The translations under genes were made by a program, and so were the position numbers. Source: an uncultured bacterium (GTDB taxonomy: Bacteria > Schekmanbacteria > GWA2-38-11 > J061). From it: a DNA stretch of 64,000 nt. How positions within the stretch are numbered: the stretch's first letter is position 1; each line of letters begins with the position of its first letter. The notes beneath the pieces were generated by a model that saw only the letters and a list, made by a program, of their open reading frames with translations, was not told where the DNA came from and searched no databases. This document shows, one piece after another, positions 1-11,678 of this stretch. The stretch is taken from positions 6,738-70,737 of the forward strand of contig CAZJVM010000004.1 in the NCBI GenBank assembly GCA_964549305.1. Reading direction: 5' to 3'.

Positions 1-2
1 TT

Positions 3-608
3 GTAATAGACTCTGTCGCCGCTCTTGTTCCGCGTGCCGAGATTGAAGGTGAAATGGGCGACAGCCATATGGGGCTTCAGGCACGCCTTATGTCGCAGGC
101 ATTGAGAAAGCTTACAGGTATCGTCAGCAAATCAAGTACGGCGGTAATCTTCATAAATCAGATAAGACAAAAAATCGGCGTGATGTTCGGCAACCCGGAA
201 ACCACAACAGGAGGAAATGCGTTGAAATTTTATTCTTCCGTGCGCCTCGATATTAGAAGAATCGGAGCAATAAAAGACGGACAACAGATAATTGGAAACA
301 GGACAAGGGTCAAAGTGGTTAAAAACAAGCTCTCTCCACCTTTCAGGGAAACCGAATTTGATATCGTCTACGGCGAGGGGATATCAAGAGAAGGCGAAAT
401 ACTGGATAAAGCATCGGACATAGAAATAATCGAAAAGACCGGCGCATGGTATTCCTATGGCGGTGAAAAGATAGGACAGGGAAGAGAAAATTCAAAATTA
501 TTTCTTAAGGAAAATCCCGATATCTTTTCCAAAATACTTGATGAAGTAATGGAAAAAACAGGAACTGGGAAAAAAAAGCCGAAAGCTGAAGAAGAAAAAG
601 TCAAATAG
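3..608 (+). CDS. recA: Recombinase RecA (5'-truncated by window edge)
   Basis: Frame is open from nt 3 ([38 protein letters not shown]...[36 protein letters not shown]), which are RecA signatures. Confidence 0.99.
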   Translation, partial: VIDSVAALVPRAEIEGEMGDSHMGLQARLMSQALRKLTGIVSKSSTAVIFINQIRQKIGVMFGNPETTTGGNALKFYSSVRLDIRRIGAIKDGQQIIGNRTRVKVVKNKLSPPFRETEFDIVYGEGISREGEILDKASDIEIIEKTGAWYSYGGEKIGQGRENSKLFLKENPDIFSKILDEVMEKTGTGKKKPKAEEEKVK

Positions 609-609
609 T

Positions 610-1389
610 TTAGTCTATTATTCTTAACGCGAATTCCGAAACCCAGCCTTTCCTTCCGTCGGCAAGCTCTATCTTAATCCATTTGCCGTTTTTGGAAAGC
701 GCCTTAACCGTACTTCCTTCGTGAAGTTTGAAAAGAGTAGCAGACTTCAGGTCGTTGCCTGACCTTACATCCGTTTCGTCATCTACAAATACCGCTTTTG
801 TTTCCAGATTCTCATCGCTCCAGACGGAATAAAAGGAAGCGGAAGAAAAAATAAAAATGAGAAGAAAGGCGACAATGGAAAGATTGATTATTCTTTTGCG
901 AAAAAAAATCCTCAAAGAAATAAAAATCCAAAACACAATGAATGAAATCAGAAAAAATATCCATGAATCGTACAAGTTCATATATTTTGGAATAATAAGC
1001 AATTCTCTAAGAGTGATGCCCTCCTTTACATCTATTTTGTCAACAATCCTTTCCCGCGCATAGCGGAGATTTTCGAGCACAGCGCTGTCACGGGGAGAAA
1101 GAATTCTTGCCTTCTCATAGTAAAGAATAGCGTAACCGGTTTTTCCGATTCTAAAATATGAATTCCCGATATTGTAAAAAAGACCGGAGCTTTTTATTCC
1201 CGCTTTTACGATTTTCAGATAATTATTCAGCGCAAGGTCATAACTGCCTTCCGCGTAATATTTATTCGCTTCCACAAAAAGATTCACACTGTCTTCGTTA
1301 ATATTTTCCGAATATGCCACAAGGGGAAGGGACAACAACACTTTAAATAAAAGAATAACAATTAAATATTTTATATAATCCCTTTTCAT
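610..1389 (-). CDS. batE: BatE-like TPR + C-terminal SH3b protein
   Basis: Signal peptide, TPR (ANKYY...FYNIGNSYFRIGKTGYAILYYEKA), TM pair, SH3-like VRSG...KLHEG...WIKIELADGRKGWV; last gene of the bat operon. Confidence 0.85.
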   Translation of the reverse strand: MKRDYIKYLIVILLFKVLLSLPLVAYSENINEDSVNLFVEANKYYAEGSYDLALNNYLKIVKAGIKSSGLFYNIGNSYFRIGKTGYAILYYEKARILSPRDSAVLENLRYARERIVDKIDVKEGITLRELLIIPKYMNLYDSWIFFLISFIVFWIFISLRIFFRKRIINLSIVAFLLIFIFSSASFYSVWSDENLETKAVFVDDETDVRSGNDLKSATLFKLHEGSTVKALSKNGKWIKIELADGRKGWVSEFALRIID

Positions 1390-3191
1390 AATTTTTTATC
1401 AATCGCCTTTATGATAGAATAAATCTTGCCTGTGGCACTCCTCACATCTTCTGCCGGCAGATTTCCGTTGCTAAAACTCAATAATTCTATTTTTTTCAGA
1501 TTACAGGTAAACTCCACTATATCTTCCTCAAGGGCATCACTTTGGGAAAGAATACTTTCCATATCTTTCAATGTAAGCGCTTCGCCCTTTACATTCAGTT
1601 TGTCTCCGAAGTAAGTTTTGATACCTTTCAGAAGCATCGCAGATAATGCCGTACCATCCTTTGACGAATTTGACTTTATTTTTTTTAAATTCGCCGAGAG
1701 ATTCTTCATCGCGTTGGCGCGCCTGTATTTCTCACTTTCCTTCTCATCCTTTTTTATTCTGAAGGATAAATAAAAAAGTATTAGGAAAAACAGCGGAGGC
1801 ACAGATAGCAATCCCCATATAATATTTGTTTCAGGCAAAGACGGAGAGGTTTTCAAAGATTCAAGAGAAAGTTTTACGGGAAGAATATCTTCGGAAAGTT
1901 GCTTCACGCTTTGCTTGAATACGACTTTTTTATCCTTTACCCCCTCATCACTAACTTTTTCTGCCGATTCCACTACGCTTATATTGAACGATTTCGAACG
2001 CAATGTTTCATATCTTTTCTTTGAAGGGTTTAAAAAGACTATGCTTGCCGGAGGGATTTTTACTTTTCCCGTCTTCAGAGGAAAAATGATTTTCTTAAAA
2101 ATTTTCTCGCCTGAGAATACGTTACCGTCCTTATAGAGTTTTACAACGGGAAATTCATCATAAATCTTACAGTCCCTGATTTTCGGAAAATCAGGTTCTC
2201 CGATGTCATTTATATTTCCTTTACCGCTCACGGTGATTATAACCGAAGTCGTCTCACCTCTTTTTACCGTAGGCTTTGAAACTTCAACCTTAACGGAGTA
2301 ATCCCCCACAAGATTTTTGAAATTCGGAGGCATTGTTTCTTCGGGCAGTTTAACCACCTTCACGGAAACTATATCCGAAGAGAATGTTCGCCTTTCAAGA
2401 TTCTCAGTTTTATAGAAGGGTGAAATATCGGAAACATCGCCGAATGTTTTATCATTCACAGGCACATCGCAGATTATCTTCGACGGAGAAATCACGAAAT
2501 TACCCGTCTTCAAAGGGAAAAGCGCAAGTTTTTTTTCGTGAACATAATAATCCGTCTTTCCGACCTTTTCCTTATAGTCAAGCTCAGGTTCGATGGATTC
2601 GACTACAAAACCTTCAAAAACCGGACTGTCAAGTGTTTCATTCTCCACATTCACCCTGCGGTAAAATTTTAATGTGTAGATTATTTCCTGATTAATATAG
2701 GCTTCAACAGGCTCAATCGACGCCGTAACGAATACGGGCACTACCTTTCCATCATCTTCTTCCTTCTCATCAGTCACTTTTACCGTAAAGGGCTCAGTTT
2801 TCAAATTTTCCCCTCCGACCTTGACAATCGCCGAAGGAATTTCAAATATACCCGGTTTTTCGGCTATGAGGGAATAAACATAGTATCTCTCCCAGGCCAC
2901 CGAACCATCAATAAAAATCGGAGACGGATTCGATGCTCCGCTGAATTCAATGTTGATAAAAGGTATTGTTTTAAATATTGGAAGAATGACATCCTTATCT
3001 GACCTTACCGTAACAATCAGACGCGTTTCGTTGTTAACAACGACATTTTCATCTTCAATGTATGCCTTTACGGTAGAATTGATGTTATTGGCTTTTGCCG
3101 TAAAAGCAAAAATAGCAATAAAAAGAAAAATGAGAAACATTCTTTTGTAAACTATACGCATTTTACCAGTCTTTCTCAGGACCTTCTTCAA
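1386..3191 (-). CDS. batD: BatD family protein
   Basis: Repeated beta-rich BatD-like domains (YINQEIIYTLKF, GKGNINDIGEPDFP) and a C-terminal TM; operon context. Confidence 0.85.
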   Translation of the reverse strand: MKKVLRKTGKMRIVYKRMFLIFLFIAIFAFTAKANNINSTVKAYIEDENVVVNNETRLIVTVRSDKDVILPIFKTIPFINIEFSGASNPSPIFIDGSVAWERYYVYSLIAEKPGIFEIPSAIVKVGGENLKTEPFTVKVTDEKEEDDGKVVPVFVTASIEPVEAYINQEIIYTLKFYRRVNVENETLDSPVFEGFVVESIEPELDYKEKVGKTDYYVHEKKLALFPLKTGNFVISPSKIICDVPVNDKTFGDVSDISPFYKTENLERRTFSSDIVSVKVVKLPEETMPPNFKNLVGDYSVKVEVSKPTVKRGETTSVIITVSGKGNINDIGEPDFPKIRDCKIYDEFPVVKLYKDGNVFSGEKIFKKIIFPLKTGKVKIPPASIVFLNPSKKRYETLRSKSFNISVVESAEKVSDEGVKDKKVVFKQSVKQLSEDILPVKLSLESLKTSPSLPETNIIWGLLSVPPLFFLILFYLSFRIKKDEKESEKYRRANAMKNLSANLKKIKSNSSKDGTALSAMLLKGIKTYFGDKLNVKGEALTLKDMESILSQSDALEEDIVEFTCNLKKIELLSFSNGNLPAEDVRSATGKIYSIIKAIDKKL

Positions 3192-4896
3192 ATTCCTGAT
3201 AAACGGAATGTAATTGCCTGGTTAATACTCTTTTTTTGTTGTCAAGGATACTGTCGAGAAACAATTCGGCTTCTCTGGTGGAAATACCTTTTTTCAATTT
3301 TGCCCATTCTTCAACACTTTTTTCATCATCGAGACCGCGCTCCTTTTTGCGCGTTTTCTCCTCATATTCAGAGTATTCATTTCGCGTTTTGCCTGCGTTT
3401 TCTTCTCCACGTTTATTTTCTGAAGCACCGGAAGATTCCTCTCTCTGCCCGATGTTTTCATTTAAACGCATAATTATTCTTTCAACGGCGCTTAAATTAT
3501 ATGTGGCATCATAATCGTTCTTATCTATTTTTAAAGCTTCCCTGTAGTAATTTAATGAATCGAGCAGTTTTCGCTCTTTAAAGTAAACATTGCCGAGATT
3601 GTACAGACATTTCTCGATGAGGGTTTTGTCATATGTTTTTCTTATTATATCCCTGTAGAATCGTTCCGCTTCCACAAAATGTCCCTGTTTATAATAGCAA
3701 TTGGCAAGATTATATTTAATATAAAGATTTTCAGGGTTTTCAACCTGGCATTCCAACAAAATCCGTGATGCTTCTTCATATTTTGCCGTATCATAGAACT
3801 CCAAAGCCTTCAGGATGTTTTCGGAAACATTTTTTTCGCCGCAGTTTCCCGCAGACGGAAAAATTAAAAAACATATAAGCAGGATTAAAGCATTCCTGTT
3901 TTGCGTCAAAAAATTTATAAAATATTCAAGATAATATTCAATCAGGAGAAGTATGAGCGCGGGGATAAGAATCCATCTGTAACGCTCATTCCAAACACGC
4001 ACTTTAGATACAAAATATTTATTAATGTAATCCTCCTTTCTAATCTCTCCGGCATAAAACTTACCCATTTCAAAACCATCGGAATCCGGCACTCGCATAA
4101 CTCCCCCCGTCGTTTCAGAAATAATCTTCAATAATTCCGGCCTCATCCGGGTAACTACGGCGTCTCCGTTTTTATTTTTCTTAAAACTATTGTCCGAAAG
4201 AGGAATAAGTGCGCCTTTCTCCTTTCCTATTCCAATAGCGCAGACTTTAATTCCGTATTTGGAAATATTTCCCGCAACAGCAGGGGCATTTTCCGAATGA
4301 TCTTCTCCGTCACTAAATATGAGAATGGTTTTATTATGAGTATTATCAGTATCAAAGGAATTTGAGGCCTTCAAAAGCAGATTTTCCACAGAAGTGCCTA
4401 CCGATGAAACCATATCCATATCAATATCGTTAACATATGACCTTATGGAGGAATAATCGGAAGTCAGGGGGCAAACGAGATAGGCGTTTCTTGCAAAAAC
4501 TATGAGGCCTACTCTGTCTCCCGAAAGCACATCGAGAAAATCGGAAATCTGCCTTTTCGCATATCCAAGACGGTTGGGAAAGACATCTTCGGCAAGCATA
4601 CTTGAGGACATATCAAGGGCAATTATGACATCCGAATCAATATTCTCGCGGTCAATCCATCTGAATCCGAATTGAGGTCTTGCAAGGGCAACCACAACTA
4701 AAACAAGTATCGTTAAAATCAAAGCAATTCTGATTCGGTATAATTTTCCGAATTCTCCCGGAATCAAAGTGCGTGAAAAAGGACCGTAAAATGTTTCAAG
4801 CTTCTTCATTCTGTCCCTCAACGAATAAACCAAAAACGCAAACACAAAAGGGATAAGGAGAAGAAGCCAAAAATATTTTGCCGTAAAAAATCTCAT
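3163..4896 (-). CDS. batB: VWA domain + TPR protein (BatB-BatC fusion)
   Basis: MIDAS motif DMSSSM, DRVGLIVFA, FSDGEDH, followed by a TM, TPRs (YNLGNVYF) and a charged tail ending in KDW. Confidence 0.85.
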   Translation of the reverse strand: MRFFTAKYFWLLLLIPFVFAFLVYSLRDRMKKLETFYGPFSRTLIPGEFGKLYRIRIALILTILVLVVVALARPQFGFRWIDRENIDSDVIIALDMSSSMLAEDVFPNRLGYAKRQISDFLDVLSGDRVGLIVFARNAYLVCPLTSDYSSIRSYVNDIDMDMVSSVGTSVENLLLKASNSFDTDNTHNKTILIFSDGEDHSENAPAVAGNISKYGIKVCAIGIGKEKGALIPLSDNSFKKNKNGDAVVTRMRPELLKIISETTGGVMRVPDSDGFEMGKFYAGEIRKEDYINKYFVSKVRVWNERYRWILIPALILLLIEYYLEYFINFLTQNRNALILLICFLIFPSAGNCGEKNVSENILKALEFYDTAKYEEASRILLECQVENPENLYIKYNLANCYYKQGHFVEAERFYRDIIRKTYDKTLIEKCLYNLGNVYFKERKLLDSLNYYREALKIDKNDYDATYNLSAVERIIMRLNENIGQREESSGASENKRGEENAGKTRNEYSEYEEKTRKKERGLDDEKSVEEWAKLKKGISTREAELFLDSILDNKKRVLTRQLHSVYQEFEEGPEKDW

Positions 4897-4905
4897 ATAT
4901 TCTAC

Positions 4906-5907
4906 CTATGGAACAGTTTTGAAAAAAGTGTTCATTAAAATCACCTCTGCAATGAGAAGAATAAAAGCGATAAAGAGGAAATAGTTAAAAATATCCCTGC
5001 CGTTAAAAAAAAGTTTTACCTTTGTTTTCACTCTTTCAATGGAGTTGATTTCCTGAAAAATGTCTGACAATACGGAAGTCTTACCTGCGTTAAAGTAGCG
5101 CCCCCCAGTAAAACCCGCAATTTTCCTCAATGTCTCCTCATCGAGGTCAACCTCACCGTAAGCTAAAGTTTTACCGTGAGCATTATCTACGAGAAAGGGC
5201 ACTTTATCTCTGTCACCCACCCCTATGGTATAAACCTTTATTCCGTAAAGCGAAGCGATTTCCGCTGCCATAGAAGGAGTTGCTCTGCCGAAATTATTTC
5301 TCCCGTCGGTGAGGAGAATAATTATCTTTGATTTTCCCGGAATAGACTGAAGTTTCTTGACGCATAGGGCAATTGCCGTGCCGATTGCCGTGGCATCTCC
5401 CGCGATACCTACTTCCAGCTTTTCGAGATAATAGAGAAGCATTCCGTAATCGATTGTCAAAGGGCACTGCGAAAAAGCATCTTCACCGAAAACCACCATC
5501 CCGATTCTGTCGCCCTCCCTCTGCTCCACAAAGTCTCTTACCACTCTTTTAATCGCTTCAAGCCTCGTGACATTGCCCCCCCCTATACTGAAGTCCATTG
5601 CATTCATGCTTCTCGACGTATCGATGGCAAGCATTATATCAATACCCTCCGTCTCCACCCTTTTAGCATATCTCCCCATCTGAGGACCTGATAACGCAAG
5701 GCAGACAAAGAAGATTACAAGCGATCTTAAAAATAATTTCATTCCTCCCGGAGTGATTCTTTCGGGTTGCCATAAATCTTTGATCGCCTGTATCGATGAA
5801 AAAAGCATTCCCCGCTTCTCCTCGTCACGCCTGTAGATAAAATACATCAGGGGAATGATAATCAAAAGAAGAAGGAAAAACGGTTTCACGAATCTCAGGC
5901 TAGGCAA
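4906..5907 (-). CDS. batA: BatA VWA-domain protein
   Basis: N-terminal BatA TM, MIDAS DTSRSM, DRIGMVVFG, TAIGTAI, LLTDGRNN. Confidence 0.9.
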   Translation of the reverse strand: MPSLRFVKPFFLLLLIIIPLMYFIYRRDEEKRGMLFSSIQAIKDLWQPERITPGGMKLFLRSLVIFFVCLALSGPQMGRYAKRVETEGIDIMLAIDTSRSMNAMDFSIGGGNVTRLEAIKRVVRDFVEQREGDRIGMVVFGEDAFSQCPLTIDYGMLLYYLEKLEVGIAGDATAIGTAIALCVKKLQSIPGKSKIIILLTDGRNNFGRATPSMAAEIASLYGIKVYTIGVGDRDKVPFLVDNAHGKTLAYGEVDLDEETLRKIAGFTGGRYFNAGKTSVLSDIFQEINSIERVKTKVKLFFNGRDIFNYFLFIAFILLIAEVILMNTFFKTVP

Positions 5908-6910
5908 TTAAATTCTCCAAGTTTATCTCTCTCGAATTATTAATAAAAGAAAGGAAATATTCCTCAATCCTCTGCGACCAATTATCATCGATGCTTACGG
6001 ATGTGAATTTTATCACCTCCATCAATGAAATAAGGTCTTCCGCCCTCTGAAAATCCTTTTCATCTATTTCATTAATCTGCCTGAGTTTTGTTATTATTTC
6101 CGAGGAAGTCATCTGCAAAGGCTCTATATTCCATCTTTCAATAATGTAATCTTTGAGAATAGCGGAAACTTCAGAACAAAACTCTTTTGTGCTTAATCCC
6201 TTCTCTACTGAATTTTTTTTAACTTCCGAATATTTTTCAAGTGCTGTTTTGTGCGGAAGAATAAGTTTTTCGTCCTCAAACCAATCATCTTTTTTTCTAA
6301 GCCTGAGAAAATAGACGAGCACGGAAATTGCCAGAATTAAAATCATAGAAGCAACCCCCGCAAACAATTTGACTTTGCTTTTCTTTATGCCTTTATAGGG
6401 CTTTTTAATATCCCTGATTTCTTCCGCGATCAAAAACTTATCATCTTCGTTAAAGACCTGAAGATAAACCGATGGGGTGTTTATTAATTTATTTTGCCCC
6501 TCTTCTGTGTATATAATCTCAAAACCCGGAATAATAAATACTCCCTCGGTATCGGTTTGGAAATCATACCATTTGTTTTTTTCTATTATGCCTTCACGGG
6601 ACGATTGGACATATTCCCCCGACTCAATTAATTGAAATTCTTCCGGGAATCCCGCAAAATCGGATACTTCGGCAACTACATTGTCAGGATAACGGACATT
6701 CAGCGTAAGGCGTGCTTTTTCCGAAGCGAATATCTGCGTCTTGCTGAGATAACTTTCCGCATATACTTCTTCGCTTATTGACGGTTTTACGCTCCCCGAA
6801 GGAAATTTAACTTCGCTCTCACAACCAAAGAGTAAAATTACAGACAAGAGCATAAGGGGGAAAGTCAGTTTCTCTTTAATATTATTCAAAAACTTCATAA
6901 GAAATGTCAT
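5900..6910 (-). CDS. DUF4381/BatD-like membrane-anchored protein of the bat operon
   Basis: Lipobox-like LLFGC, beta-rich domain, internal TM, helical C-terminus (SAILKDYI..RWNIEPLQMTSSEI); lies between DUF58 and batA. Confidence 0.65.
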   Translation of the reverse strand: MTFLMKFLNNIKEKLTFPLMLLSVILLFGCESEVKFPSGSVKPSISEEVYAESYLSKTQIFASEKARLTLNVRYPDNVVAEVSDFAGFPEEFQLIESGEYVQSSREGIIEKNKWYDFQTDTEGVFIIPGFEIIYTEEGQNKLINTPSVYLQVFNEDDKFLIAEEIRDIKKPYKGIKKSKVKLFAGVASMILILAISVLVYFLRLRKKDDWFEDEKLILPHKTALEKYSEVKKNSVEKGLSTKEFCSEVSAILKDYIIERWNIEPLQMTSSEIITKLRQINEIDEKDFQRAEDLISLMEVIKFTSVSIDDNWSQRIEEYFLSFINNSREINLENLIA

Positions 6911-6920
6911 TGGAGTATAT

Positions 6921-7796
6921 CTATCTTTTTTTTTCTTTTGCCTTGAAATACTTCATAATGGGATAGATGTAAGGTTCGTCTGTCCATACTTCAATATGGT
7001 CAATATTATTTTTTGCCAGCAACTGAATTTTTTCCCTGTAAATCCTTTCTGTACTCAATTTAAAATTGCGGCGGAATTCTTTGTTTGAAGTGTTTACGGT
7101 AACAATTTCCCCCGATTCGGCATCTTCAAAGCTTGCAAAATCTATGTCCGGAATTTCCATTTCCCTTTTATCCCTTACCGATACGCAAATAAGGTCATGC
7201 TTCTTACCGCTCAACTTCAATGTCTTCTCAAAATCCTCGGAGATGAAATCAGAAATCAGGAAACAGATAGTCTTTCTTTTTAGCGTTTGATTTAAAAATA
7301 CAAGGGCATTGTTTATGTCGGTCCCACGCCTTTGCGGATTGAAATGCAGGACTTCTCTTATTATTCGCCATACATTTGTTCTTCCCTTTTTCGGCGGAAT
7401 AAAAAGTTCAACTTTCTCAGTAAAAATGAGCAAGCCCACTCTGTCATTGCTTTTTACGGCAAGCCAGGCGAAAAGAGCGGCAATCTCCGCGGCGGCATCG
7501 CGTTTTAACTGAAGCGAACTTCCGAAATTAGCGGAACCGGAAAGATCAACGGCAATTACTATTCTGAGTTCTCTTTCCTCTCTGAACTCCTTTATATGCG
7601 TCTGTCCTATGCGTGCGGTAACATTCCAGTCAATAAGCCGTATATCATCGCCGGGTATATACTCCCTGACCTGCGTAAACTCTATCCCTCTGCCATGGAA
7701 CGCTGACCTGTAGCGTCCCGATATGACTGAGTCGACTGTTTTTCTCGCTTTAAACTGAATTCTGTTTATTTTCCGCAGTATCTCTTTATCAATCAA
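6921..7796 (-). CDS. DUF58 family protein
   Basis: GRGIEFTQVREYIPGDDIRLIDWNVTAR, VDLSGS, ISDF. Confidence 0.95.
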   Translation of the reverse strand: MIDKEILRKINRIQFKARKTVDSVISGRYRSAFHGRGIEFTQVREYIPGDDIRLIDWNVTARIGQTHIKEFREERELRIVIAVDLSGSANFGSSLQLKRDAAAEIAALFAWLAVKSNDRVGLLIFTEKVELFIPPKKGRTNVWRIIREVLHFNPQRRGTDINNALVFLNQTLKRKTICFLISDFISEDFEKTLKLSGKKHDLICVSVRDKREMEIPDIDFASFEDAESGEIVTVNTSNKEFRRNFKLSTERIYREKIQLLAKNNIDHIEVWTDEPYIYPIMKYFKAKEKKR

Positions 7797-7809
7797 TTAC
7801 CACTCTCCT

Positions 7810-8796
7810 TTAGGGGACGTTAACCCTTTCGAGAATGCGCTTAACTATGTCGTCGCTTGTGAAGTCTTCGGCTTCCGCCTCATAGGAAAGAATGATTCTG
7901 TGGCGCAGTACATCAGGACAGACCGCCTTGACATCATCGGGAATCACATATCCCCTTCCCTCAAGGAAAGCATTGGCCCGCGCGCAATTCATTAGATAAA
8001 TGGATGCCCGCGGTGATGCTCCATACATGATAAAGTCTTTAATATTCCCCCCGTAGGGTGCCGGGTTGCGTGTGGCAAAAACGATATTTAGAATGTAGTC
8101 ATAGATTTTTTCATCGATATAAATATCTTCCACGAGCTGTTTAAGTTCTTCTATCTCTTCGGCGCCTGCCTTTTTTTCAGGTGTGTAATCATTCCTTTGA
8201 ATTGTATCTTTAATAATTTTCTTCTCCTCCTCCTGAGTGGGGTAGGTAATCTTCAGTTTCATAATAAACCTGTCAATCTGCGCCTCGGGGAGAGGATATG
8301 TCCCTTCCTGCTCGATTGGATTTTGCGTTGCAAGCACGATGAAAGGTTTCTGCAAGATGAATGTTTCATCTCCTATAGTAACCTGATTTTCCTGCATCGC
8401 CTCAAGAAGCGCGCTCTGAACTTTAGCAGGCGCGCGATTAATTTCATCGGCAAGAAGTATGTTCGTGAATATAGGCCCCTTCCTCACTGAAAACTCTCCC
8501 TTATTCTGATGGAAAATCTGAGTCCCTATGAGGTCTGCCGGAAGAAGGTCGGGAGTGAATTGAATTCTTTTAAAATTAAAATCCAGGCACTGTGAAAAAA
8601 TCTTAACCATAGTTGTTTTGGCAAGTCCGGGGACCCCTTCAATGAGAAGATGTCCACTACATAAAAGGGCAATCAGCGTTCTGTCCACCATATACTGCTG
8701 GCCTATTATAACCTTTCCGACCTCCTCCCTGATTGAAGCAAGAATTCCCTGCTTATCCTCAACTTTTTTGTTAATGGCTGAAACATCTATATCCAT
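7810..8796 (-). CDS. moxR: MoxR-family AAA+ ATPase
   Basis: Walker A GVPGLAKT, RIQFTPDLLPADL, Walker B LLADEINRA, ATQNPIEQEGTYPLPEAQIDRF. Confidence 0.97.
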   Translation of the reverse strand: MDIDVSAINKKVEDKQGILASIREEVGKVIIGQQYMVDRTLIALLCSGHLLIEGVPGLAKTTMVKIFSQCLDFNFKRIQFTPDLLPADLIGTQIFHQNKGEFSVRKGPIFTNILLADEINRAPAKVQSALLEAMQENQVTIGDETFILQKPFIVLATQNPIEQEGTYPLPEAQIDRFIMKLKITYPTQEEEKKIIKDTIQRNDYTPEKKAGAEEIEELKQLVEDIYIDEKIYDYILNIVFATRNPAPYGGNIKDFIMYGASPRASIYLMNCARANAFLEGRGYVIPDDVKAVCPDVLRHRIILSYEAEAEDFTSDDIVKRILERVNVP

Positions 8797-8970
8797 TTTC
8801 CGCTCCTGCTTAATATTAATAATTTTTTATTTTCCACGTCATTTTATTTGAAAAGTTATGAATTGATTTTCTGATATTATCAAATTTTATAATCTTATGA
8901 CAATTATATTGGAAGTTTTAAAAATTTTGAATGAGGATTGTTATAAAATGTCTTGATGACGATTACAGAT

Positions 8971-9001
8971 AAAAAAAGCGGAAGGCATTTGCCTTCCGCT
9001 T
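8971..9001 (-). terminator. Intrinsic terminator after groEL
   Basis: Stem AAGCGGAAGGCA (8976-8987) / TGCCTTCCGCTT (8990-9001); the A7 at 8971-8977 gives a U-tract on the minus strand. Confidence 0.9.
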
Positions 9002-9035
9002 ACTTTACAGATTTTTTTCCAACTTAAACTTCGGG

Positions 9036-10679
<1,644 letters not shown>

Positions 10680-10719
10680 TTACATTCACCTCCTGTTAGA
10701 GCTGTGTTATCTTAAAATT

Positions 10720-11010
10720 TCATTTTTCAAGAATGCAGAGAACATCGTCTTCTCTCATTATGATATATTCTTCACCTTCGATTTTAATTTCATTGCCGGC
10801 ATATTTGCTGAAAAGAATTTTGTCACCTTCCTTAACATCAAGAGGCACTGTTTTGCCGTCTTCAAGCAATTTGCCTTTACCGACGTAGATGACTTTGCCT
10901 TCCTGCGGTTTCTCCTTTGCCGCATCAGGAATTATAATTCCTCCTTTTGTTTTCTGTTCTTCTTCAAGACGCTGTACTATGATTCTGTCATGTAACGGGC
11001 GAATTTTCAT
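10720..11010 (-). CDS. groS: Co-chaperonin GroES
   Basis: [12 protein letters not shown]...[18 protein letters not shown]. Confidence 0.99.
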   Translation of the reverse strand: MKIRPLHDRIIVQRLEEEQKTKGGIIIPDAAKEKPQEGKVIYVGKGKLLEDGKTVPLDVKEGDKILFSKYAGNEIKIEGEEYIIMREDDVLCILEK

Positions 11011-11082
11011 TTTCCCCTCCTTTCTAAAAGTTAAAAAATCACATAAGGTTTAAAATGAGTAACCCGCTTTGAATGGCGGGAG

Positions 11083-11109
11083 TTAGCACTCACCTTTATT
11101 GAGTGCTAA
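11083..11109. promoter_or_regulatory. CIRCE element (HrcA operator) upstream of groES
   Basis: Exact TTAGCACTC-N9-GAGTGCTAA, about 70 nt upstream of the groES start. Confidence 0.97.
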
Positions 11110-11380
11110 TAATATAAATAATTCTATAAAAAATTCAAATGCCAACAGAGCTTAATATAATGATATATTAGTTATTATTTGATTATTTATGGATATATTA
11201 ATATCATATCTTTAATTTACTCAATATATCTCAATATTATTATTTCACATGTTCATGTTTTTTTCAACTCAGATAATAGTTGTTTTTATATGTTTTAAAA
11301 AAAGAAAAAATCAGGTATATTTCTTAAAAAGCTGTCAGTAATTTGCGTTGTCTGCAGAATTTTTTATTTGGAGAGGAAAA

Positions 11381-11659
11381 ATGTTTGGTGGCATTGGTTT
11401 TTCCGAGATTTTGATAATATTGGTTATAGCATTGATTGTTATAGGTCCTAAAAGACTTCCCGAAGTGGCAAAAACAATGGGAAAAGGACTTGCCGAGTTT
11501 AAAAGGGCAATGGAAGACATAAAAAATACGGTCAATGAAGAGGTTAAGGAAGATGCCGGCTTCATTAAAGATGAAATCGAAGATATGAAAAAAATAACTG
11601 ACCTTTCCGATAAAGATTTGGAAAATCCCGGCAAAAAAGATGACAAATCAGATAAGTAG
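11381..11659 (+). CDS. tatB: Twin-arginine translocase TatB/TatA subunit (TatB-like)
   Basis: MFGGIGFSEILIILVIALIVIGPKRLPE, then an amphipathic helix; RBS GGAGAGG before ATG 11381. The IGP hinge favours TatB over TatA. Confidence 0.8.
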   Translation: MFGGIGFSEILIILVIALIVIGPKRLPEVAKTMGKGLAEFKRAMEDIKNTVNEEVKEDAGFIKDEIEDMKKITDLSDKDLENPGKKDDKSDK

Positions 11660-11678
11660 CAAATCCGGCGAAAGGGAA

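Noticed and set aside
8863-8883. TTGAT-N11-ATCAA / TGATA-T-TATCA upstream of moxR, resembling FNR or Fur boxes
   Set aside because: Spacing fits neither FNR (N4) nor the Fur 7-1-7 box; likely by chance in AT-rich DNA.
11110-11340. Extremely AT-rich spacer with short ATAT/CTCAATAT repeats between groES and tatB
   Set aside because: No regular repeat-spacer periodicity (not CRISPR) and no DnaA-box cluster seen; consistent with a divergent promoter region.
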